This document shows, piece after piece, positions 13,253 through 22,841 of a DNA stretch of 61,530 nt. Numbering within the stretch: the stretch's first letter is position 1; every line of letters starts with the position of its first letter. Made by a program: the position numbers and the translations under genes. The notes beneath the pieces are model-generated. The model was not told the DNA's origin, searched no databases, and was given only the letters and a program-made list of their open reading frames with translations. The stretch comes from Hyphochytrium catenoides. Lineage: Eukaryota; Protista; Hyphochytriomycota. The stretch covers positions 1 through 61,530 of the forward strand of contig FLMG01000094.1 in NCBI GenBank assembly GCA_900088475.1, written 5' to 3'.

Positions 13253-13647
13253 GTTCTCTGCTGACTGGGCCTATGCTTTCAGAGTCTACAAGGGGCATAC
13301 CTAGACGAACTGACCGCACAGCTTAGGCTGAAGAGTTCCTGACCTATCCACTGACATCGGGAAAGAAGACAGGAGAACAGGAGGAACCAGAAGTTATTAT
13401 CGGAGCCGTGGCCGTGGTGTCTTAAGATGGGAGGGAATCGGTCACCAGCGGACCCCTGGGCTACGAGTTGATGAGAACGGCCAGTAGTGCAATCAGGGAA
13501 AGAAGGAAGGCAAGCTTCGCCCCCAATATGGTGTGGCTTTATAGGTGTCTCGCTCGCCTTTCTCTCCACCGCGCTTCACCTCACATTCTCGGTCTCTCAT
13601 GCTTTGCTTAATTGGAGCTAAGGGAACGAGGAAACGCTCCACTCTCA

Positions 13648-13688
13648 TCTGTGAGGTCAAGACACACCTTCCCGGGTGACCTCACAGA
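13648..13688. other. Perfect 12-bp inverted repeat (hairpin) with a 17-nt loop
   Basis: TCTGTGAGGTCA (13648-13659) and TGACCTCACAGA (13677-13688). Confidence 0.8.
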
Positions 13689-14204
13689 GAGATAGAAAGC
13701 TTCCTTCTCCAATATCTGCCTCTATTTCCTTTATGTTTGGGCGATGTCACTCAGACCCTCTCTTTCTCTCATACAAGTCTTCTCTTGCTTCTCTGTCTGG
13801 ATTACGTTGAATAAAAAGGATTAGTTCTTGATCTGACACTTTCCGCTGACAGCACGAACAGTGCGACAGGCTCTTGCTTTGACATGGCGACGCTTGCTTA
13901 TTGGTAACGAACCTATCCATTTACCAGCATATCTGGACCTTCATGATTTGCTCGCTCTCCCCTTCTTTCTCCAATCAATAAGCTCTATCGAAAGTTAGTA
14001 GTAGGAGGTAATGCATCAGCATGTTCTTTCCCTGCCTAGCTCTGGAGAAAAGGTTTCTCTTATGCTCTCTCTATCTCTACTCCTCTCTCTTTCTCTCCCT
14101 TTCTGTCTTCAAGGAGCTTGTCAACTCTGCCCTTCTTCACAATCGGTCTTTATCTAGTCTTGTCCCAATAATATTGTGACTCTCATCAGCGACCCTATCG
14201 AGCT

Positions 14205-14729
14205 CTAATAGAGTGGATCATCAATGCTTCGTTCAGTTGATCCTCCTCCTGTTGCCACTGCTCGCATCAAGGAGTTTGATGCCCAACCAGCCCTGTTGCC
14301 CTCCCCACTAGCCACCATTGCATTGCGTCCACCGAGAGAGAATAAAGTCTTCAACAGCAGATATGTAGCGTACATGAACCTGCAGAGGACATCGTAGTCC
14401 AGCCGCCGAGCCGGTCAAGATGATTCGGTTCCGTCGAGCATAGCTGCCCCTGCCGATATAAGCATGAAGTCCAGTGCGTCTGCAAAATTTCTGCAGAGAA
14501 GGCCCAGCCGTGACGTCCTTCGCGCTCAGGAAGCGAGCGGCAGATAAGTGCTGCTGATGGTGAAGAAGATGATGGCAGAAGCCGCATTCTTGCAAAAATA
14601 GTGCAGCTCTTGCATCCTATTTTCGTATATGCTCGGAAAGAAAGACAGACACGAAATTAATGTGGCTTCCATAATACAGTAAGAGCCGGGAGGAGAGCCG
14701 AGAGAGGGAGTCACTAAGTTAGGGGACAA
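14205..14729 (-). pseudogene. Possible relic of a multi-pass membrane (7TM/TOM1-like) gene
   Basis: A ~175-codon frame with hydrophobic segments, interrupted only by two TGA codons (14526-14528, 14415-14417). The upstream part runs into an assembly gap. Confidence 0.3.
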
Positions 14730-14760
14730 CTATCGGGCGTTACTGCCTTATCTTGGTGCT

Positions 14761-14809
14761 NNNNNNNNNNNNNNNNNNNNNNNNNNNNNNNNNNNNNNNN
14801 NNNNNNNNN
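14761..14809. other. Assembly gap (N run)
   Basis: 49 Ns adjoining a CT-rich tract. Confidence 0.99.
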
Positions 14810-15281
14810 TTTCTCTTTCTCTTTCTCTTTCTCTTCCTCTCCTCTCGCTCGCTCGCTCGCTCTCGCTCTTTGTGTCTCGCTCTCTATATCTCGCTCTCTC
14901 GCTCTCATTCAGTCTCGCTCTCTCTTCCGTTCCCTTCTTCCTCTCTCTCTCTCTTTTCACTCTTTTCCTCTTCGCTTTTTCTGCATCCTGTTAATGCTCT
15001 GCCTTTGTCTCGGAAATGACGCTAGGCTGTCTCTCTCACTTCCCTTCCTCTGGGTGTCCTCTCTTCTTTCTGTCATCATTTATAAAGATGCATTGACCTC
15101 CGTCTGCATCCATAGAACTCTCCTCTCTCTCTTTCTCTTTCTTCCGCTCGACTCTTCCACGATCTCTCGGCACTTGGATGTCCTTCCTTCGTCTCGCTTT
15201 GGCCAGTGGTCTCGTCAAACCTTTGTCTCCCTCCTGGGCCCAAAGGAAAGCTGGAGGAAGTGGTAGAGAAATGGAGAAGAG

Positions 15282-16414
15282 ATGATGAAGCTCCTCTCAG
15301 CAGCAAAGGTTGGGCCAGTAGAAGATGACCCAGGAGACGAGGACGAGGAGGAGAAGAGACGGTTTAGCAAAGAACGCAAGGTACCTGGGGTCTCTCTCTC
15401 TTCTTCGTCTTCCAACGAGGGAAAGCCAGGCAGCGGGGTTGTCCCTAGAGAAGAAAAGACAGGGATTGCCTCACCTCCTTCTTCTTCTTCGGGGAAGACA
15501 AGCACCGTGAAAGATGAGGCAGACTGGTTGAGATCTGAGCTGCTGCGAGACGTGGGGGCCCTGCAGCAAGAGAGAGAAAGCTATTTCTCTCCTCCGCAGG
15601 AGCTTCTTCCCTCATTGAAAAGAGAGATAAAGAATGACTTTGCGCCAACGGTGGCTCTTTCTCCCGCGGCGGGTGAGTCCCCTGTCGGTGCTTTCAGCGG
15701 CAATGAAGAAGAGGACGAGACATGTCTTCCTCTCGAGCTCATCCAGGCACAAGCGCCTCTCTCTCACTCCCCGCAGGATCAAATGGAGGAGGAGAAGAGA
15801 GAGAAAGAGCAAAAGAAGAGACGTCTCTTCTCTCTCTTTCGCTTCAGTGACGCGCGACTCAGGCGCTTGGCAGGAATTTTAGAGGACGACAGCTTCACTC
15901 TAAGGATTTACTCTCGAAAGACATATCTCTACGTAATGGGCCAATATCCCCGTCATAATCTTCCAAGAAAAGTCGTCGTCGAGCTGGCAGCGCTGAAATT
16001 CTTCTCCAGTCGAAGATGGGACGGTCTCTTTCTCTTCTTCTCTTCCCTCTGGCTTGCCACCATCGCGATGGCCTCTCTCTCTTCCTCTCCTAGTGTCTTC
16101 TCTCCCCTGATAGCTATGGAGATGGCTCTCAGCTTTCTCTCTCTACTTTCTCCAGTCTGTATGGCTCCCGTACTTCAGAGAAACAGCTCCCCGGATGTAT
16201 GGGAAGAAGCGTCTCTCTTTCTCTCCACTGACTGGGTAAGATATGTCTCCCCCGTATCTCTTCCTTCCTCTCTCCTTTTCGCTCTCCCTCACTCTGGGTG
16301 TCTCCATCTCTTCGCCTTCTCGTCCAAGTCCTTCTTAGTCCCCTCTTTCTCTCTTGTTCTCTGGCTCTCGACATATTCAACAACACTGTATACAGTGCTT
16401 TCGCTTCCTTTTTT

Positions 16415-16467
<53 letters not shown>

Positions 16468-17417
16468 CCTCACTCAAAGATCTAAAAGAGATTTCTAACC
16501 ATCATTTCCAGGGCATCTTCTTCATTGCCTCCGTGCTCACGGCCGGGTTCAGGCGGACCCCTACCAGGGAGGTTCAACGACGCGAGACAGAGCTCGTGAT
16601 AGAAGAGCTCAAGCGAGTCAACCGCTTCCTTACTGAGCAAGTCAGAGCCCAGAAGAGCTACAATTTGAAGGCCAAGCTTCTTTCAGCAGCTCAACGGGGG
16701 AGCCGAGCGCTGGAAGCGGTAGAGAAAGCTCGAGAGGCGCTAGAAGATAGGCCAACGGACGAGGAAGTGGCTCATGGAGGGCATCTTCGTGCCGTGGCAG
16801 GAAGCATTCTGTTCCTTCTCTTAAGCTGCAATCTTTCTCTCTTCTTTGCCTTCTCTCTCGAGCGAGAGTCCCCTGTGAGCTTGTCGAAGCCTGTGAGACA
16901 ACTGCTGGCTAGTCTTCTCTCCCTCGCGGGCCTGGCCATAGCGCTGTCACAATGCTTAGACGTATGGAGAAAGCTTAGAAAAAGATTGATGCCCGCGGCC
17001 GAGATGTCCATCAAATGGCAAGGTCTCTCTCGGAAGAAAGTCCTGTTCCAGCGCGGCTTGGTTCTTGGCCTGCTCCTCACTCCATCCCTTGCTCTCTTTG
17101 GCGGTGGCCTCCGTTTAGCAATAGTCCTTGGAAGAGACAGGGCAACCCCAGCCGCCAGTGCCACCGCTGGACTGTATGTCTCTCTCTTCCTAACGGCAGC
17201 ATTGTTAGCTCTCAGTCGTAAGGGAGGATTGCTATCTGCAGCTGTCTTTCTTCTGTCTCTCTCTCCTTTGATGGGTTTCGTGGCGCTCGTAGGACATGTG
17301 GTGGATGGAGAAGGTGTCTCTGCCTTGGCTCTTTGCAGTGTTTTACTCCTGCAACTCGGAGTTGTCGCTCTCTTAAAGGGAAAGCTCCATGTCCTCTGGC
17401 GGTTGACCGACTCTTAA
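15282..17417 (+). CDS. Orphan multi-pass membrane protein with an acidic disordered N-terminus and a central coiled coil; one probable in-frame intron at 16236-16511
   Basis: 711-codon ORF. The intron reads TGG|GTAAGA...TTTCCAG|GGC, is 276 nt long and CT-rich. Roughly 8-9 hydrophobic segments remain after splicing. No family recognised. Confidence 0.65.
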
Positions 17418-17970
17418 GAAGTCAAGCAAGCTGCCATGGAGAACTCAACAAGCAAAGTGGTCTCGTACCAACATAAAGGGGTTGCAAGAAAGACGAGTAA
17501 CAACCACTCAGGAAGCGAGAGAAAGAGAGGGAGAGAGAAAGAGAGAGAAAGAAGAAAGTAAAGACTTCCAAGGGAGCAGTATGCGCAACGCATGCAGGTG
17601 AAGAATCTTGTCTGTTTTACACTCTGAACTGAGCTACAAGTTCCCCCAGCCATGCGGACGAGAAAGGCGGAGGAGAAAGCTTTTAAAATGACTCGTAATT
17701 TACGCCTTAACCAGGAAGAAGGAGCGTCTAGCCTCTGAACCACCAGGAGAAGAGGACGCAAGTATCTCTCGCTCTTTCTGTCTGCTGCTCTTCCGCTGAA
17801 TTGGCAAAGAGTTGGCACGGTCAGCAGCGGGAAGCTCGCTAGGCGACGGGCGCTCCAGGGCATACAGACCCGATGGCTCCAGTCTCCAACTTCTCTCCTG
17901 GTCGGGGAGTCTTTGCTAAAAGTTTCTCTGTCTTTCTCTCACCGCTAAATAATTCTATAATGTTACACAG

Positions 17971-20508
17971 TTAGGCCTTTGGTACCTCCACAGGCTGCTT
18001 GGGAGCAAACACTGTCGCGTCAGGCAGGTTCGACCTGGGAAGGGCACCACAAGAGAGAGAATCAGTGAGGCCAAGAGCGCCTTCAAGAAAAGAACGGAAA
18101 GACAGAGGACATCTCCTACTTAGATCTGAGAGAGGAGTTGGAGACACAACGTCAAAAGAGAGAGACGCGAGAGTTTCTGACAGGAGAGTGATGAGGAGAA
18201 AGAGGGTACGCCACGAGAGATGTCGCTTACCGAACCGCTGTGATGCCCTTGTTAAGCTTAGGAGCCACGGTGGTCTTGATCTTAGAAGCAGACGCGGAGA
18301 GTGACTTCATCCCTAGTACATATTCAGGTTAGAAGGAGCCGTCAGCAGTGAGAGGATGAACCAGAGGCAGAAGGTGGAGACGAGAAAGAGAAGACACGCT
18401 TGAGATGTAGAAAGAGGAGACGATCCATACACATAGAAAGCATGGAAGAAGGGAGAGGGAGGAGAGAAGATAAGAGAGAAAGAGACCGTCAATAGTCTTA
18501 ACCTGAGAGAAGGAACTGTGAGGCCGTTGTCGCCCTAGTTGCGTTCTTCTTCGTGTTTCCTGCATCCTTTTCTCCTTCCCTCTCCTCCTCTCCGTTGCTA
18601 CTTGTCAATGAGTTAACAGGAGTGTTCTCCTGAGAAGGACGGCTGCTTTTGCCTTCGGAGGACGCGGGAGATCTTAAGGTAGAGCGGTGAAAGTATCCCA
18701 CAGCGCCAAAGGCCAGCTCGACAGTGACGATCGAGGATGTTGACTTGACAATCACGCCTTCTCCTACGGGAGTCTCCACCACTAGCCCTTCGGGGAAGAC
18801 ATCCTTACTGCAGAGACAACGGGGAACGTTTGAACAAAGCGTAAGCCATTCAAGAGTGGTAATGATTATACGACAGAGCGATCTCTCTCTCTCTCTGTGT
18901 CTCTCTCATGCTCTCTCTCTCCTCTCTCTCCTCTTTTTCTTCCGTGTCTCTCCTCTCCCCTCCTCATTTTCCTTTTCGTTGTGGTACATTAAAGACCCAA
19001 TGCTCTGCCCACCCCGCTGCTAAGACATCCCTTTCCATACTGGCACACTCATCGCTAGCACCCTTCCAACTGACCTTTTCCCCGAGCTGTTAATGCTAGC
19101 CATCATCATCTTCACGCTACCGAAGCTTGAGGCTGCCATTGCCTTCCCACTGGCGGCTGTAAGGTTCACAGTCAGTAGGGAAGGAGACAGTTTGGAAAAG
19201 CGCACCAGAGCCATAGCGTCAAAAAGAGCAGTTATACACAGAAAGATAGGAGGACTCTTATGCCTGGCTTACCTGAGGCAAAGAAAGAACGGGCCGCGGG
19301 CTTCTTTGCCCCCTGCGCGCTACTGTCGTCTCTCTCTCCTTCCTCCTGAGCATTGAGAGACTTCAAGATGGAACGTTGGCAGTATCCCACCGCGCCCTGA
19401 GGCATCTCGACTGTCACTATAGAGAGAGAAGACTTGGCAACGACTCCATCTCCAAACGGAGTCGCCACTACTAGACCCTCGCGGATTGCGTCCTTACTGG
19501 AGAAGATAAGGGAAGGAGAGAAAGGAAGACGTAGATTAAGCGTCTCTAATCAGCTCACTTGCTATCTCGTCTATCTTTCTCTTCCAACTCTTCCTTGAGC
19601 ACACGCTATTTCATGCCCTGCTATCCCAATCTTTAGTGGCCGCGGTCTAACTCTGGTTTATGGATCCCGTCTTCTCCGAGGGCCAACTCTGCCTACACTC
19701 TCTCTCTTCTCTCTCTTTCTCTCTGTCTCCCTTTTCTGTCCGCTCTGACCCTCTCCCTCCCTCTCTCTCCTGCTCTCTCCCTATCTTCCCCTCTCTCCCT
19801 CTCTCTCTCTCTCCCTCATGTTTCCCAGGTCCCCTCCCCTACTTGCTTACCTCTTCCCGGAGTTGATGCTTGCCATCATCATCTTCATACTTCCCAGTCC
19901 CGAACTTGCAATCGCCTTTCCTGTCGCGGTGGCGGTGCTGAAGCCGGAAGAGGCAATCGCCTTCCCTGTTGCTGCCGCGGCACCAAACGTCTGCTGTGTG
20001 GCCTTCAGGACTCCGCCTCTACTCTCAGGCAGGCGTTCGAACTTCTTCTCCTGCAGTTGAAAGAGACCATCTTTAGTGCTTGTAGATCCATTATGGGGAG
20101 AAAGAAGCATAAGAAGTGGGAGAAGCGGCCAAGAGCGAAGAAGAGACTTTAAGTCAGCGCGCGATACTGAGAGGAAGAGAGGATTCAATATGCAAAGATT
20201 TAGAGAGAGCGCAGAATGAGAGAGAAAAGACTCCTCAAAAGAAGCAGCAGACTCACGGTAGCCAAGATGTGCCAGACGTGCTCCTCGTCCCATCGCCAGT
20301 CCAGGTCAATCTCATAGAGATCTGTCTCTCTTCTGTACGCTGTGACCGTCCCTTGGNNNNNNNNNNNNNNNNNNNNNNNNNNNNNNNNNNATCCAGTCCT
20401 CCGACCGGATCTCTCGGACTGTTCCAGTTCCCAGCGTGGTCAGGACACTGTCGCCCACTTTCGCTTTGATCAGAGGCTCGCTAGCGGAAGGGAGAGAAGA
20501 AGGAACAT

Positions 20509-20548
<40 letters not shown>

Positions 20549-21409
20549 AGAAGAGAGAAGAGAGAAGAGAGAGAGAGAAACAGAGAGGAGAGAGAAACAG
20601 AGAAAGAAAGAGAGAAGGAGAGACCCAAGCGACATGGGGGGAGGACTGTGGCCTATACCTCTCTTTCTCCCCGTTGACTGCCTCTGGCTCACTCTTCCTC
20701 CTCGTGAGGAGCGACGGAAGAGACATTCTGCCATAGAACATGCTCGCGCCTAGCCCAGGAGAGGTTGAAGGGGTGGCGAGCTCCTCAGGAAGCGTCCAGT
20801 AGCTCTGCTTCGTAGCAACATCGATGTAGAACCATTTACCCTGCACCACATGCGCGGGAGAGAGAGTGCGTGAGAGCGAAAGAAAAGTAGAGAGAGAGGA
20901 ATGAGAGAGGGACAGAGAGAGAGAGAGAGAAAGATGAAGGACCAAGAGAAAAAAAAATGGAGCGGCGGTACTGACCACCAAGGGAGGAAGCCAGGAAAAA
21001 AGAAAGCAAGAAAGAGAGACAAAGAGAGAGACAAAGAGAGAGAGGAGAGAAGTGAGAGAGACACAGAGAGAGAGACATGCTGGACGGATTATGGAAGGAG
21101 TGCGGGTACCGGCAAAGACTTTGACTCTCTCACGGCAAATCCCGGTGGAACATAGGAAGGCCGGCCGTCAGGAAGAGAAGCGATGAACGCCGCTCTCGCC
21201 TTCTCTTCCGCTGCTTTCTGCTCTCCTCCTTTCTCCTCTGCTTTCTCTTTCTCTTCTTCCTCTTGCTGTGCCATTTCCTTCTCTCTCTCTCCTGCGTGGC
21301 TCTGCTCCTCTAGCGCCTCTTCTTTCTTCTCCGCCTGCAGCCGCTGGGAAGACGCTGGCAAGTCATTAGCGGACCCGCTGGACGTAGTCGAGGAAATAGC
21401 CTCCGTCAT
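17971..21409 (-). CDS. WW-domain protein with repeated 'TPxGxGxV' SH3/Tudor-like modules, about 9 exons (one interrupted by an N gap)
   Basis: Spliced WW-like domain VPPGFAVRESKSLP|GKWFYIDVATKQSYWTLP. Modules VGDSVLTTLGTGTVREIR, EGLVVATPFGDGVV...VEMPQGAVGY and EGLVVETPVGEGVI...VELAFGAVGY. The last exons end ...PVEVPKA with TAA at 17971-17973. Further upstream exons are possible. Confidence 0.7.
20357..20390. other. Assembly gap within the WW-protein gene
   Basis: 34 Ns. Confidence 0.99.
20509..20622 (+). repeat. (GA)n / (GAGAGAA)n purine microsatellite (intronic, CT on the sense strand)
   Basis: Long GA tract with GAGAGAA units. Confidence 0.9.
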
Positions 21410-21867
21410 GGTGCTGCCGCCTTTGAGAGAGGAGAGAAAGAGACAATGCTGCGGCTGCGCAGACGAAAGAGAAGATGCAGACTGGTTGAGGAGGAGAGTG
21501 GGAAAGAAGCCTTTGAGACAAGCGGGAGAGAGAGAGAGGAGAGAGGCGAGACGACAAAGATGTGAAGTGAGAGAGAGAGAAAAACACAAAGAGACAGTTA
21601 CCTCCCTGACCCTGCTGATGACCGCTGCGATTGACCAGATAGACCTTTACAAACCCCACCCAATAGTGGAGAAAGAGGGAAGAGAGAGACGGACCGAACC
21701 AAGTAAAGGAGGATAAAGAGGGTGCGAGGGAACGACCAGAAACCGAGAGAAAGAGAGTGAATGACAAATGCTCAGAGCGACACAACAGGAGAGAGAGGGG
21801 ACAGAGGACAAGAGATGTTGAGACAGAGAGGCACAAAGAAAGAGAGAAAGAGAGAGAGAGAGAGAGA

Positions 21868-21921
21868 NNNNNNNNNNNNNNNNNNNNNNNNNNNNNNNNN
21901 NNNNNNNNNNNNNNNNNNNNN
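21868..21921. other. Assembly gap inside a (GA)n tract
   Basis: 54 Ns flanked by GA repeats. Confidence 0.99.
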
Positions 21922-22265
21922 GAGAGAGAGAGAGAGAAGGAAAGAGAGGAATAAATTTTTGTCTGTGGTTAGAGGCGGAAAATGTTTCCCACACTCTCAG
22001 GGGTTCGCATCAGCCGCCCCTCTGCGGACTATCTATGGGTACGACATCCGCTAGGGATACTATCTCACTCCCCTTGGAGGAATATCTTTGGATAGAGGAA
22101 ACAAAAGACATCAAAAGCTGGTGACGGTAGGATTCTGAATGTACTTAGATAAGCGAGTGGTATTTAGGACGAGCATGGACATCGTGCCCACAGTACAGTA
22201 CTGTAAGCGGTTTGAGCGGTTCGTCTGACCTTTCACCCTGTCCCTCTCTCTTCTCTCTGTCTTCG

Positions 22266-22381
22266 TCTCTCTCTCTCTCTCTCTCTCTTTGTCTCGCTCT
22301 CGCTCTCTCTTTGTTTCTCTCTCTCTCTCTCTTTGTCTCGCTCTCTCTCTCTCTCTTTGTCTCGCTCTCTCTCTCTCTCTC
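22266..22381 (+). repeat. Compound minisatellite of (CT)n-TTGTCTCG units
   Basis: CTCTCTCTCTTTGTCTCG recurs three times, plus a variant. Confidence 0.85.
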
Positions 22382-22841
22382 CCCCTATGTCTCTCCTTTT
22401 ATCTTTCTGATGGATATTTCTCCCTCATATTCCCCGAAGCTTGCGCTTTCCGGCACCGTCTCCATCACTTGTGCAGTACATCATCGCAAGCTCCATTCTC
22501 CCGCCACTCGCATGCATCGTTGAGCTCCACATCAGCTCACATTTCCACCATCAATAACTTGCGTCCAGCACACCGACCTCTCTCTCTCCAATCTCCCTTT
22601 GTTCCTTCCTCTCTCTCTCATAAACCTAATCTTTATCAATCCAGGAAAGCCTCATAAACCTTTGTACCTCCTCTCTTGACTTTTCTTGGACCATCTCTCT
22701 CTCTCTCTCCTTCTGAAGCTTTGATCTCCAGACGTAGAGGTGGCCAGAGAAGGAGAAACCAAGCTATTCAATAAGAATTTGATAATATTGCCAACCAATA
22801 GTTCTTGATGTCTGCCTTCTCTCTCTCTCTCATGAAGAGTA

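Noticed and set aside
10775-22657. Many ORF-track entries rich in LSLSLS or RERERE
   Set aside because: These are translations of (CT)n/(GA)n microsatellites in introns and spacers, not genes.
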